A stretch of DNA of 64,000 nucleotides, from NCBI GenBank assembly GCA_963717935.1, contig CAVQXP010000004.1, forward strand, positions 768,001 through 832,000, in the 5' to 3' direction. Shown in pieces: positions 31,395-44,242 of this stretch (within the stretch, counting starts at the first letter, position 1; each line of letters starts with the position of its first letter). The notes beneath the pieces are model-generated. The model had not been told where the DNA came from. It did not search any database and worked only from the letters and a program-made list of their open reading frames with translations. The stretch comes from Candidatus Eiseniibacteriota bacterium (GTDB taxonomy: Bacteria > Eisenbacteria > RBG-16-71-46). A program made the position numbers and the translations under genes.

Positions 31395-31426
31395 GCGGCG
31401 GGTCGCGGGCGCCCGCGACCCGCCGC
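31395..31426. repeat. Perfect 32-bp palindrome
   Basis: GCGGCGGGTCGCGGGC|GCCCGCGACCCGCCGC just after the antiporter stop and abutting the next -10. Confidence 0.8.
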
Positions 31427-31441
31427 TGCTATCATGATGTC

Positions 31442-32722
31442 GTGAGTCACCCGGCCGAGACGGTGAGACCCATGCCCCTCCGACTGCGAACCCTGTCCCC
31501 TGCCCTGTCGCTCCTGCTGGTCCTGGCGGTGCCGTGCGCCGCACCGGCGGCTGCGCCGCGTGTCGCGACATTCGTCTTCCGGGGTGGTGTCGCAGAGCCG
31601 GGCGGCAAGCCCGTCCGGGGTGCGAACGTCCTGCTCCAGGGCCTGATCGAGCCCGCGGCGGCGACCGACGCCGAGGGCCGCTTCTCCTTCTCCTACGTGG
31701 TGCCGGACGTGGATGCGCTCGCGGCGGCGCCCCTGCGGCTCGTCCTGCGCGCGAGCCACAGGGGCTGGAACCTCGCCCTGCCGACGGGGGAGAGCTCGCT
31801 CGCGGTCGAGTTGCGGCTCGTCCGCCCGGCGGACGGGAGCGCGCGGCTGGAAGTGCGGTCGAACGACGCCGGGGTGGCGGGAAGGGTGGCCGCGTCGCTC
31901 GGCGTGCCCGGCGACGTGACGGTGGCGCTGAGCGGCGAATTCATGCGGCGGCTGGGCGCCGAGGATCGGTCGGAGCCGGTGCTGGGCGCGCTCGAGATCG
32001 TGCGGGTGGCGCCGCCCGCGCCGGCCACCGGGGCCGTGACGGTGGCGCCGGTCGGGGCGCGCGCGGACTCCGCCACGGTGCCCGCCACGCGGCCCCGGTC
32101 CGAGCGGCCCGAGAGCATGCGGCTCTTCCCGAGCGCGCCGGAGCCGGGCACGACGCCCAGGCCCGCTCCTGCGCCGCCGCCGGAGCGTCAACCCCGGGAC
32201 ACCGCCCGGATCCGCGCGGCGCTGGAGCCACCCGGGCCCGCGCCGGCGCGGGGCGCGCCGGGCGCCGGTGCGGCGGACACCACCGTGCTCCACGGCATCC
32301 GTGTCTCGGTGAGGTCCGACACGACTGCCCCTGCGCCCGCGTCCGCGGGCCCCGGCGGCGGGAGCGTGCTGCGGGTCGCGCTGGGCCGCGAGTTGCCCCG
32401 CACGGGATCTCCGACGCCCGACTCGGGAGCCTGCGAGTGCAGGGTGAGGGGCACGGTCGAGGTGCGCTCGGACAAGCCGCTCTCCGGCGCTCTCCGGGTG
32501 GTCGTTTCGCTCGCGGGGATGCCCGCGGTCCGCGACACGGTGGCGCTCTTCATGGGTCCGCCGCGCCCGTTCGACCTGGGGCGGGTGCCCTGCGGGCGCC
32601 ACCGCCTCGACGTGCGGCCCCTCACGGCCCGCCGCTTCACCATGGCGTCGCCCGCGCTGGACGTGTTCGACTGCATGGCCCGGCGCGCGCGGCAGTTCCG
32701 CGTGGTGCTCGTCGGCCGATAG
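31442..32722 (+). CDS. Secreted protein with carboxypeptidase-regulatory-like Ig domain and Pro-rich linker
   Basis: Signal peptide; GKPVRGANV...TDAEGRFSF; Cys-containing C-terminal domain; TG-C-TATCAT 6 nt before GTG. Confidence 0.55.
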   Translation: MSHPAETVRPMPLRLRTLSPALSLLLVLAVPCAAPAAAPRVATFVFRGGVAEPGGKPVRGANVLLQGLIEPAAATDAEGRFSFSYVVPDVDALAAAPLRLVLRASHRGWNLALPTGESSLAVELRLVRPADGSARLEVRSNDAGVAGRVAASLGVPGDVTVALSGEFMRRLGAEDRSEPVLGALEIVRVAPPAPATGAVTVAPVGARADSATVPATRPRSERPESMRLFPSAPEPGTTPRPAPAPPPERQPRDTARIRAALEPPGPAPARGAPGAGAADTTVLHGIRVSVRSDTTAPAPASAGPGGGSVLRVALGRELPRTGSPTPDSGACECRVRGTVEVRSDKPLSGALRVVVSLAGMPAVRDTVALFMGPPRPFDLGRVPCGRHRLDVRPLTARRFTMASPALDVFDCMARRARQFRVVLVGR

Positions 32723-32768
32723 GGGACCCGCCTGCCCGCGCCGGAGGACGCGGGCCGCCCGGGCCTGA

Positions 32769-32797
32769 TTGAGCGCGGGCGGACTCCGGGTTAGCCT
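32769..32797 (+). promoter_or_regulatory. sigma70 promoter, probably leaderless
   Basis: TTGAGC-N17-TAGCCT-N6-ATG(32804). Confidence 0.5.
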
Positions 32798-32803
32798 CGG
32801 CGC

Positions 32804-34393
32804 ATGGCCGCCGTTCCTTCCGCCGAGCGCGTGCGCGCGCTCACTGAGCGACTCGTGAGCTTTCCGAGCGTCAGTCCCGACGTGGTGGCCGAGACCACCT
32901 GCGCCGCGGCCCTGCGCGCGCTGCTGCCCGCGGGGCTCGAGCAGGGCGAATGGTACGCGCCCGACGGCCGGCCGGTGGTCTGGGCGCGGCTGCGCGGCCG
33001 GGGCGCGGGACCGGGGTCGCGGCGGATGGTGCTCCTGCTCTCGCACTACGACACCGTGGGCGTGGACGAGTTCGCAACGCTCGGCGGGCGGCTCGGCGAC
33101 CGCATCGCCTTCGACCCGGGAGCCCTGCGCGAGCTGTTTCTGAACTACGCGACGGACGCGCTGTCGGCCGGGTCGCATGCGCTGCTCGAGGACCTGGCGG
33201 AGGAGCGGGCGCATCCCGGGAGCTGGATGTTCGGGCGCGGCGCGCTCGACACCAAGAGCGGCATCGCCGCGGGGATCGTGGCGCTCGAAGCCCTGGCGCA
33301 GGACGAAGCGCTCGCCGGGGACGTGTTCTTCATCTCCTGCCCCGACGAGGAGCACGCCTCGGCCGGGATGCTGGCCGCCGTGCCCGAGCTGGCGCGGCTG
33401 AAGCGCGAGGAGGGGCTCGACCTGGTCGGGGGGCTCAACCTCGACATCGCGCCCGAGCCCGTGGCCTACGCCGGCGTCGTGGGCAAGGCGCTCGTCGGTC
33501 TCTACGTGCTGGGCCGGCCCACGCACGCCGCCGCGCCGTTCGAGGGCGTGGACGCCGCGCAGTTGGCCGCCACCATCGTGGCGCGCGCCACCTCGAGCCG
33601 GGAGCTGGTGGACTGCGCGGGCGGGTACGCCGCCGCGCCCCCGGTGGCCCTGCGGATGCGCGACCTCAAGTCGGGCTACAATCTGCAGACCGTCGCGGAG
33701 GCCGAGGTCGAACTCAACTTCATCACCATCACCCGGCCGCTCTCCGAGACCCTCGACGAGTTGCGCCGCGTCGCGCTCGCCGCGCTCGCGGACCTGCTGC
33801 GCTCCATGCAGGAGCTGGCGTCGTGGGCGCAGCCGGGCCGGCCCACGCGATCCGCCCCCGCGGACCCGAACGGACGGGTGCTGCTCTGGCCCGAGTTGCT
33901 CCAGCGTGCGGGTGAGCCGGGAGAGTTGTTCGAGATCAGCGAGGCGCCGGACGCGCGCATCGCCACGCTGGCACGCCTGCGCCACGTCGTGCGCGAGTCG
34001 CGGCTGCCCGGCCCGGCCGTCGTCATCCACCTGCTGCCGCCCTACTATCCCTACGCCGCGCCCGGCGGCGGGCCGCTGGTGCGCGCGACCCGCGACGTGA
34101 TGGCGCGCGAGGGCCTCGAAGTGCGGCCGTTCCACCCGCTCGTCACCGACGCGTCGTACCTCGCGTGGCGCGCCGAGCCGCCCGAGGTGCTCGAGCGCTA
34201 CATGCCGTCCTACGGGCGCGAATACACCCTGCCGCTCGAGGCCATGCGCGCGCTCGACCTGGATGTCGTGAACCTCGGCCCCTGGGGGCGCGATCCGCAT
34301 GGCCGGTTCGAACGTGTGCGCTGCGACTGGACGTTCGGGCGGTTGCCCGGGCTGGTGGCGGAGACCGTGAAGCGCAGCCTGGAGCCGAGATGA
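32804..34393 (+). CDS. RocB-like M20 family protein
   Basis: SHYDTVG, FGRGALDTKSG, PDEE, PPYYP, NLGPWGRDPH. Confidence 0.8.
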   Translation: MAAVPSAERVRALTERLVSFPSVSPDVVAETTCAAALRALLPAGLEQGEWYAPDGRPVVWARLRGRGAGPGSRRMVLLLSHYDTVGVDEFATLGGRLGDRIAFDPGALRELFLNYATDALSAGSHALLEDLAEERAHPGSWMFGRGALDTKSGIAAGIVALEALAQDEALAGDVFFISCPDEEHASAGMLAAVPELARLKREEGLDLVGGLNLDIAPEPVAYAGVVGKALVGLYVLGRPTHAAAPFEGVDAAQLAATIVARATSSRELVDCAGGYAAAPPVALRMRDLKSGYNLQTVAEAEVELNFITITRPLSETLDELRRVALAALADLLRSMQELASWAQPGRPTRSAPADPNGRVLLWPELLQRAGEPGELFEISEAPDARIATLARLRHVVRESRLPGPAVVIHLLPPYYPYAAPGGGPLVRATRDVMAREGLEVRPFHPLVTDASYLAWRAEPPEVLERYMPSYGREYTLPLEAMRALDLDVVNLGPWGRDPHGRFERVRCDWTFGRLPGLVAETVKRSLEPR

Positions 34394-35271
34394 GCGGGAC
34401 GAACGCGTCCATCCCCGCGCGCCCGGCGGAGAGCGTCATCCCACGCTGGCTCCGGCCCTGGCGGCTCGCGCACGGCGTCGCGGCGGGCGTGTTCGAGCAC
34501 CAGTCCACGGGTTCGGCCGCGCAGATCGCCTACTTCCTGCTCTTCGCCACGTTCCCGTTCCTGCTCACGCTCGCGAGTCTGCTCGCGTTCCTGCCCATCC
34601 CGGGCCTCATGGAGTGGCTCCTGCGCCTGCTGGGCGAGGTCGTCCCGCCGGCCGCGGTGGACCTGATGCGGAACAGCGTCGAGCGCCTGGTGACCCGCCA
34701 GCGCAGCGGGCTGCTCTCGGCCGGGATCGTGGTCTCGGTCTGGGCCGCGGCGAACGCGGTCGAATCCTTCATGCAGGCGCTCAACCGCGTCTACGGGCTG
34801 CGCGAGCACCGGCCGTTCTGGAAGACGCGCGGCATCGCCATCCTGCTGGCGGTGGGCGTCTCGCTCTTCACCGTGCTGGGGTTGATCGCGCTCTGGTTCG
34901 GCTCGCAGGTGAGCCACTGGTGGGCCGGCCGCGGCGGGCTGGGGCCGCTGCCGGTGCAGGTCTGGGACGTGGCGCGCTGGCCGCTCGTGCTGCTGTTCCT
35001 CATCGGGGCGATCGACCAGCTCTACTTCATCGGCCCGGCCGTGCGACAGCGCTGGCGCTGGGTCACGCCGGGGGCCGTCGTCGCGGTGCTCGGCTGGGTC
35101 GCGGCCTCGCTCGGCTTCTCCGCCTACGTCCGCCACTTCGGCTCGTACAACGCCACCTACGGCAGCATCGGTGCCGTCATCATCCTGCTCACCTGGATGT
35201 ACCTGACCGCGTTCTTCGTCCTGCTGGGAGCGGAGGTCAACGCGGCGGCAGGCGAGCGGGAGACGGGCTAG
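34390..35271 (+). CDS. YihY/BrkB family membrane protein
   Basis: AAQIAYF..FP, ALNRVY, PGA, YNATYGSIGAVI..W.Y. Confidence 0.92.
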   Translation: MSGTNASIPARPAESVIPRWLRPWRLAHGVAAGVFEHQSTGSAAQIAYFLLFATFPFLLTLASLLAFLPIPGLMEWLLRLLGEVVPPAAVDLMRNSVERLVTRQRSGLLSAGIVVSVWAAANAVESFMQALNRVYGLREHRPFWKTRGIAILLAVGVSLFTVLGLIALWFGSQVSHWWAGRGGLGPLPVQVWDVARWPLVLLFLIGAIDQLYFIGPAVRQRWRWVTPGAVVAVLGWVAASLGFSAYVRHFGSYNATYGSIGAVIILLTWMYLTAFFVLLGAEVNAAAGERETG

Positions 35272-36500
35272 CCCCCGGCGGGACCGCTGTCGCCGTCCGC
35301 CACCCGCCGGTAGACCGCTTCGAGCCGCGACACCACCGCCTCGCGGCCGTAACGCTCGAGGGTCCGGCGGCGGATCTGCTCCGCGTCGTAGTTGCGCCCG
35401 TTCTCGAACATGAAGCGCAGCGCTCCGGCGATCCCCTCGAGGTCGCCCACGCCCAGGAGCACGCCGCTCTCCGCCGTGACGATGGTCTCGGGTCCGCCGC
35501 AGCGCGTGGCGACGACGGGCTTGCCCGAGGCGCCGGCCTCGACGAACACGATGCCGAACGACTCGTGCCGGCTCGTGAGCACGAAGCAGTCGCAGCGCGC
35601 GAACTCCTCGCGGGTCCGCTCGCGCGGCAACTGCCCGAGCCAGGTGATGTACGAGTCCACCCGCAACTCCCGGGCCTCGCGCCGGTGGCGCGCGAGCAGC
35701 GGGCCGTCACCGGCGATGCGGAAGCGGACCCGCGGGCGGTCGCGTTCGGGCAGATCTCCGATGAACCGCGCGGCGCCCTTGAGCAGATCGCTCACGCCCT
35801 TCAGCGGGTCCATGGCGCAGAGCGTGAAGAAGGTGAAGTGCCCGGGGTCGGGGGGTGCCTCGCTCCGATAGAGCCGCTCATCCACGAGATTGGGGATGAA
35901 CTCGGGCTCGGGCAGGCCGAAGCCCGCGATGGTCCTGGCGAGCATCGGGCCCACGGCGATGCGCGCGGCGGCGCGCTCGAGCGGTTCCCGCAGGATGCTC
36001 TTGAGCCGGCCGTCGCGCCGCGCGTAGACCGGGAGCGGGAAGGGCCCCATGTGCTCGGTCAGGACGTAGGGGACGCCGGTCTCCGCGCTCAGCTTCATCG
36101 CGAGCCAGCCGGCGGGGTAGGAGACGTGCGCGTGCAGAACGTCCAACGGGCCGAAGCGCCGGGCGGCGCGCTCGAGGTTGCGGCGGTTGGCGTCCAGCAG
36201 GGCCCCCCGGTTGCCGCCGAAGGCGCGCTCGGGCCACCACAGCGCGGGGGTCATGAACTCGGCCAGGTTGGGTGCGAGTTCGCGCTCCCCGGGCCGCAGC
36301 GCCAGCGCGTCGAAGACGCAGCGTGGCGACTTGAGCAGGTGCGCGGTCGAGACGAACCCCTCGCCCTGGCCCCACAGGCTCAGGCCCACCTTCCAGTCCG
36401 GCCGGGTCGAGGCGATGGCCGCGGCCTGCTCGACCAGGAAACTGCCCTCCCAGGGGAAGCAGCGGTGCGGGTACCAGGATGGGATGATGAAGAGGTTCAT
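35268..36500 (-). CDS. GT4 glycosyltransferase
   Basis: IPSWYP, LHAH, TEH, ESFGIVFVEA...GKPVVATRCGG. Confidence 0.9.
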   Translation of the reverse strand: MNLFIIPSWYPHRCFPWEGSFLVEQAAAIASTRPDWKVGLSLWGQGEGFVSTAHLLKSPRCVFDALALRPGERELAPNLAEFMTPALWWPERAFGGNRGALLDANRRNLERAARRFGPLDVLHAHVSYPAGWLAMKLSAETGVPYVLTEHMGPFPLPVYARRDGRLKSILREPLERAAARIAVGPMLARTIAGFGLPEPEFIPNLVDERLYRSEAPPDPGHFTFFTLCAMDPLKGVSDLLKGAARFIGDLPERDRPRVRFRIAGDGPLLARHRREARELRVDSYITWLGQLPRERTREEFARCDCFVLTSRHESFGIVFVEAGASGKPVVATRCGGPETIVTAESGVLLGVGDLEGIAGALRFMFENGRNYDAEQIRRRTLERYGREAVVSRLEAVYRRVADGDSGPAGG

Positions 36501-37066
36501 GAGGGCTTCGTCCCCCGGGAGTGCGTCCGCCGGGCGCTTCCGCCCGCGGGCCGCTGCAGCGACCCTCCGCTCGCCCGGACCCGGCCCGCCGGCCGCCCCA
36601 GCAGCTTCGTCACCTCGAGGGCCGCCGCCAGCGGGCCGCCGCGCAGGACCTGGCGCTTCACGTCTTCGAGCCCGCGGCGCTGCGATTCCCAGAGATAGCG
36701 CCCGCCGGCCTCGGCCGCCGGCAGGAAGGCCGAGGCCGTGTGCTCGCGGGACAGCCGCACGGTGTCGTGCGGTTGGACCTCGGCGGCGAACCGGGGATAG
36801 GTCCGCACCCGGTCGCGGGCCGTGTCGTAGAAGATCGTCGGAGCCTCCAGCGCCCACCAGCGGAGCGGCACGAGCCCGGTCTCCTCGCGGACCTCGCGAA
36901 CGGCCGCGGCCAGACCGCTCTCGCGCGGCCGGCGCCGGCCGGTCACGGGCTGCCAGACCCCGGGCAGGAAGCGGACACGGCCCCGGCGCAGGCAGAGGAA
37001 CTCCACCCGGCGGCCCCGGCGCCGGAAGACGTAGACCTCGCTGAAGGCGCTGCGCGAGTCGGACAC
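36497..37066 (-). CDS. NUDIX hydrolase (NudB-like)
   Basis: WQPVTG...ESGLAAAVREVREETGL, LSREH; start inferred at GTG. Confidence 0.82.
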   Translation of the reverse strand: MSDSRSAFSEVYVFRRRGRRVEFLCLRRGRVRFLPGVWQPVTGRRRPRESGLAAAVREVREETGLVPLRWWALEAPTIFYDTARDRVRTYPRFAAEVQPHDTVRLSREHTASAFLPAAEAGGRYLWESQRRGLEDVKRQVLRGGPLAAALEVTKLLGRPAGRVRASGGSLQRPAGGSARRTHSRGTKPS

Positions 37067-37221
37067 GATCGCGCAGCATAGGCCGTCGCTCGCCCGGTGG
37101 CCAACCGCCGTGTTCCGCGGGCTCGGCCCCACGATCCGGGGCCGCGGTGGGGCCCGCGTGTCGCCCCGGCGCCGCCGGGGCCCCGAAACTCGCGCAAGGC
37201 GTTCTGCGCGGGCCGATTCGT

Positions 37222-37251
37222 TTGACCGGAGCCTGAGGCATTGTCTAGATT
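37222..37251 (+). promoter_or_regulatory. sigma70 promoter of the atp operon
   Basis: TTGACC-N18-TAGATT. Confidence 0.55.
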
Positions 37252-37329
37252 GCTTCGTCCGGTCTGGCGCGCGTCGATGCGACGCGCCGTCGCCGCGATC
37301 ATGAGAAGGGTCTCACCGGGGTGGGTCCG

Positions 37330-37587
37330 ATGGCGAAGCCGCTGGGAGAGGATACCTATTCAGCGCTTCGTTCCACCGGCCTCCTGCTGGCCATCCCCAC
37401 CCTGCTGATCGTCTCACCTCTTGCCGGGTTCTTCCTCGGTGTCTGGCTGGATCGATGGCTTCACACTCATCCCTGGCTCTCGATCGTGGGCCTGACGCTG
37501 GGTTTCGTGGCCGCCGGTCGCGAGACCTGGCTGATCTACCGCCGCACGCTCGAGGCCGAGGAGCGGCAGAAGAGGAAGGAGAAGTGA
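37330..37587 (+). CDS. AtpZ/AtpQ (ATPase gene 1) family protein
   Basis: GFFLGVWLDRWLHTHPW, two TM helices, first gene of the atp operon. Confidence 0.8.
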   Translation: MAKPLGEDTYSALRSTGLLLAIPTLLIVSPLAGFFLGVWLDRWLHTHPWLSIVGLTLGFVAAGRETWLIYRRTLEAEERQKRKEK

Positions 37588-37612
37588 AGCGCTCCTGACC
37601 GGGCGCTCCGCC

Positions 37613-38947
37613 ATGGGCCTCGAATTCCTTGCACGCGTCCGCAACGGCGCACTGTGGTGGACCGCGCTCGCCGCCCTGATGGTGGCGAACTATGCGGGCT
37701 GGCACACGGGCCTGGGACTGGCGGCCGGGGCGGCCTGGTCGCTGGCGAACCTCTGGTCGCTCGAGCGCCTGATCGTGTCCGTCACCGGCCCCGGGCACCG
37801 CACCCGGACCGCCGCGCGCCGCGCCGGTTGGTGGCTGGCGGGGATGCTCGCGCTCTTCGGCGCCGGCGCGCTCCTGCTGATGGGCCTGCCGCCGGCGGCG
37901 CTGGTCGCGGGCTTCCTCGTGCCGTACGCGGTCATGATGTTCAAGGCGGCCGCGGCGCTGCTGCTCGGCTCGTCGTCGTGGGCGCGCCTGACTCGCTCGC
38001 CGTGGCGCTCGCTCGCGCTGGTGCTCGGGGTCGCGGTGCTGGCCTGGGCCGTGACGGCCTCGCTGCCCTCGCTCGGCGGCGCCAGCCCGGCGCACGAGCC
38101 GCAGGCGGCCGCACCCGGGGCCGGCCACGTCACGGGGCCCGCCGCGGAGTCCGGGGGCTCGGGCCCCGAGAAGTTCGCGAACGTCATCAGCGTGCTGGTC
38201 AAGGCCAATCCCGGGGCGGGCTGGGCGCACTGGCTCCACCGCTTCGAGCCGGTCCTCTTCGCGCTGTTCGTCGCCCTCGTGCTCTCCCTGATCGCCTTCC
38301 TGGCCACTCGGAACAGGCAGTGGGTCCCGGGGCCGCTCCAGAACGGCGTCGAGTACGCCGTGGAGATGCTCTACGACTTCGTGGTCGGCATCCTGGGACC
38401 GAAGTACGGGCCCCGCTACGTGCCCTACCTCGGCACGCTCTTCGTCTACATCCTGGCGATGAACCTGTTCGGGCTCATCCCGTTCATGGATTCGCCCACC
38501 TCGAGCCTCAACGTCACCGTGGGGCTCGCGCTCTGCACCTTCCTCTACGTGCAGTACACCGGCATCCGGGAGCTGGGGGCGCTGGGCTACGTCGACCACA
38601 TGGCGGGCAACCCGCGCTCGGCGATCTCCTGGTGCATGGTGCCCATCATGCTGCCGGTGCACGTGATCGGCGAGCTGGCGAAGCCGGTTTCGCTGTCGTG
38701 CCGTCTCTTCGGCAACGTGTTCGGCGAGGACATGCTGCTGGTCGCCTTCACCTCGCTCGGCGTGGCGACGCTGTCGTTCGTGCACTCGCCCGTCGGCATC
38801 CCGTGGCAGTTCCCGTTCCTGGTCCTGGCGCTGCTCACCAGCACCATCCAGGCACTGGTCTTCACCGTGCTCAGCACGATCTACCTTCTCCTCATGCTCC
38901 CGCACGAAGAACACGGGCGCGAGGAGGCGTCCCAGCCCGCCCACTAA
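37613..38947 (+). CDS. atpB: F0 subunit a with fused N-terminal AtpI-like domain
   Basis: PGPLQN, NLFGLIP, KPVSLSCRLFGN, IQALVF; ~190-aa N-terminal hydrophobic extension. Confidence 0.9.
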   Translation: MGLEFLARVRNGALWWTALAALMVANYAGWHTGLGLAAGAAWSLANLWSLERLIVSVTGPGHRTRTAARRAGWWLAGMLALFGAGALLLMGLPPAALVAGFLVPYAVMMFKAAAALLLGSSSWARLTRSPWRSLALVLGVAVLAWAVTASLPSLGGASPAHEPQAAAPGAGHVTGPAAESGGSGPEKFANVISVLVKANPGAGWAHWLHRFEPVLFALFVALVLSLIAFLATRNRQWVPGPLQNGVEYAVEMLYDFVVGILGPKYGPRYVPYLGTLFVYILAMNLFGLIPFMDSPTSSLNVTVGLALCTFLYVQYTGIRELGALGYVDHMAGNPRSAISWCMVPIMLPVHVIGELAKPVSLSCRLFGNVFGEDMLLVAFTSLGVATLSFVHSPVGIPWQFPFLVLALLTSTIQALVFTVLSTIYLLLMLPHEEHGREEASQPAH

Positions 38948-38964
38948 GTCCGGAGGAACCGACC

Positions 38965-39198
38965 ATGGATTTCCGTTCCGCACTCAGCTTCGCTCTTCCG
39001 CTCGGCATCGCCATCGCCGCCATCGGCTCGGGCATCGGTCTCGGCATGATCGGCCAGGGCGCGATGCAGGCGATCGGCCGGCAGCCGGAGGCCGCGGCGA
39101 AGATCCAGCTCGCCATGATCATCATCGCCGGCCTGGCCGAGGCGCTCACGATCTACGCGTTCGTGACCATGTTCGTGCTGTCGGGCAAGATCGGCTGA
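38965..39198 (+). CDS. atpE: F0 subunit c
   Basis: GIGLG, RQPE, LAEALTIY. Confidence 0.95.
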   Translation: MDFRSALSFALPLGIAIAAIGSGIGLGMIGQGAMQAIGRQPEAAAKIQLAMIIIAGLAEALTIYAFVTMFVLSGKIG

Positions 39199-39229
39199 GA
39201 GACCACCGCGCGCTGCCGAAGGAGCCCGC

Positions 39230-39799
39230 ATGAGAACGTTCTGGACGACGCTGACGATCACGCTGCTCGCCACCCTGCCGGCCGCTGCCCGGGCCGCGTC
39301 GGGTGAGGCGAAGCCCCTGATCGATCTGCCGCTGGTCCTCACCCAGGTCCTCGGCTTCCTGATCCTGCTGTGGGTGCTGCGCGCCTTCGCCTGGGGGCCG
39401 CTCATCGGCCTGCTCGAAGAGCGCCGCCGCAGGATCGCCGGCGAGTTCGAGGAGGCGGAGCGCCGCAAGGCGGACGCCGACGCCCTCAAGGCCCGCTACG
39501 AGCTGGACCTGAAGGGGATCGAGGCCCAGGCCCGCCAGCGCATCCTGGAGGCGGTCACCGAAGGCCAGCGGGTGGCGGCCGAGATCAAGACGCAGGCGCA
39601 CGCCGATGCCGCGGCGCGGCTCGCCCGGGCGGACGAGGAGATCGTCCACGAGCGCGAGAAGGCCCGCGAGGTGCTCAAACAGCAGGTCGCCGCGCTCTCG
39701 ATCCGCACGGCGGAGAAGATCCTGCGCGAGAAGCTCGACAGCCCCGCCCAGCGGCGGCTGGTCGAACGCTTCATCGACGAGGTGGACACGCGGTCATGA
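39230..39799 (+). CDS. atpF: F0 subunit b
   Basis: FAWGPL..LEERR, coiled coil, AEKIL. Confidence 0.92.
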   Translation: MRTFWTTLTITLLATLPAAARAASGEAKPLIDLPLVLTQVLGFLILLWVLRAFAWGPLIGLLEERRRRIAGEFEEAERRKADADALKARYELDLKGIEAQARQRILEAVTEGQRVAAEIKTQAHADAAARLARADEEIVHEREKAREVLKQQVAALSIRTAEKILREKLDSPAQRRLVERFIDEVDTRS

Positions 39800-40353
39800 G
39801 ACAGGCCGACCTCGCCGCCGAGCGCTACGCCCGCGCCCTGTTCATGGTCGCCAGGCGCCGCGGCGAGATCTTCGAGGCGCTCGAGGACCTCAAGCACCTG
39901 CTCGCGCTGGTCCGCGAGGACCCGCGCCTGGACGCCTACCTGGCTTCGCCGCTGGTGCCGCTCGCGCGCAAGCGCGCGCTGCTCAAGTCGGCGCTGACGT
40001 CGCGCGTGCTCGCGTCGGTGGCGAGCTTCATGGACCTGCTGCTGCGCAAGAAGCGGTTGGGGCTGTTCCCCGCCGCGGTGGACGAGTACGAGAAGCAGGT
40101 GAGGACCTGGCAGGGCCTGCAGGCGGCCGAGGCGGTGAGCGCCGTGCCGCTCACGAACGACGAGCGGAAGCGCCTGCACGCCCGGCTCGAGCGCGCGACC
40201 GGGCTCACGATCGAGCTCAAGACCCGCGTGGACCCGGCCCTGGTCGGCGGCCTGTACGTGCGCATCGGCGACCGCGTCATGGACCGCTCGGTGAAGGGCC
40301 TGCTCCAGTCGCTGCAGGACCGGTTCTTCGAGGTCAGTCTCCAGACACCGTAG
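39796..40353 (+). CDS. atpH: F1 subunit delta
   Basis: ERYARALF, VDPALVGG, DRSVK. Confidence 0.93.
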   Translation: MRQADLAAERYARALFMVARRRGEIFEALEDLKHLLALVREDPRLDAYLASPLVPLARKRALLKSALTSRVLASVASFMDLLLRKKRLGLFPAAVDEYEKQVRTWQGLQAAEAVSAVPLTNDERKRLHARLERATGLTIELKTRVDPALVGGLYVRIGDRVMDRSVKGLLQSLQDRFFEVSLQTP

Positions 40354-40392
40354 AGAAGACGTCCCTCACACCATCCATCGGGGTTGGCACCC

Positions 40393-41901
<1,509 letters not shown>

Positions 41902-41904
41902 GCC

Positions 41905-42765
41905 ATGGCCTCGCTCAAGGTCCTCCGGCGGCGCATCCGCTCGGTCACCAGCACCCGGCAGATCACCAAGGCCATGGAGATGGTGGCCGCGGCGAAGCTG
42001 CGCCGCGCGCAGGCGCGGGCGCTGGCCACGCGGCCCTACGCCATCCAGCTGACCGGGATGCTCGAGAGCCTGGCCGCCGTGGCGCGCGAGCAGGAGTTGC
42101 CGCTGTTCGCCACGCGCGAGGTGAAGCGGACGGCGCTGGTGCTGATCAGCTCGAACCGCGGGCTGTGCGGGGGGTTCAACACGAACCTGTTCCGCGCGGC
42201 CGAGGAGCGCCTGCGGGCCGCCGAGCCTGGCAGCCTCGCGCTCGTGGTCGTGGGCCGCAAGGGGCGCGACTTCTTCCGGCGGCGCACCTGGCCGGTGCTC
42301 GCGACCTTCGCGGACCTCGGGGACGACGTGGGCGTCGAGTCCGCGCGGCGCGTGACCGCCGACCTGCTCGAGCGCTTCGAGACCGGCGCCGTGGACAGGG
42401 TCGAGATCCTCTACACGCGCTTCCACTCGGCGCTGCGCCGCGAGGTGACGTTCGAGACGTTCCTGCCGATCGGCGCCGGGCCGGCGGCCGGCGAACCGGC
42501 GGGCGCGCGCGACATCATCTTCGAGCCCGGCCTCGAATCCATTTTCGCGGCGCTGCTGCCGCGCTTCGCCAGCGCCCGGATGCTCGCCGCGCTGGCCGAT
42601 TCGCGCGCCAGCGAGGAGGGCGCGCGGATGACGGCGATGGGGGCGGCCAACAAGAACGCGGGCGAGTTGCTCGACCTGCTGGTCCTGCAGCGGAACCGCC
42701 TGCGCCAGAGCATGATCACGCGGGAGATCCTGGACATCGTCGGTGGCGCCGAAGCGCTGAAATAG
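41905..42765 (+). CDS. atpG: F1 subunit gamma
   Basis: ITKAMEMVAA, RGLCGGFN, ITREILDIVGG. Confidence 0.97.
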   Translation: MASLKVLRRRIRSVTSTRQITKAMEMVAAAKLRRAQARALATRPYAIQLTGMLESLAAVAREQELPLFATREVKRTALVLISSNRGLCGGFNTNLFRAAEERLRAAEPGSLALVVVGRKGRDFFRRRTWPVLATFADLGDDVGVESARRVTADLLERFETGAVDRVEILYTRFHSALRREVTFETFLPIGAGPAAGEPAGARDIIFEPGLESIFAALLPRFASARMLAALADSRASEEGARMTAMGAANKNAGELLDLLVLQRNRLRQSMITREILDIVGGAEALK

Positions 42766-44217
<1,452 letters not shown>

Positions 44218-44242
44218 GCACGCCGGGAGCACGGAGCTGACC

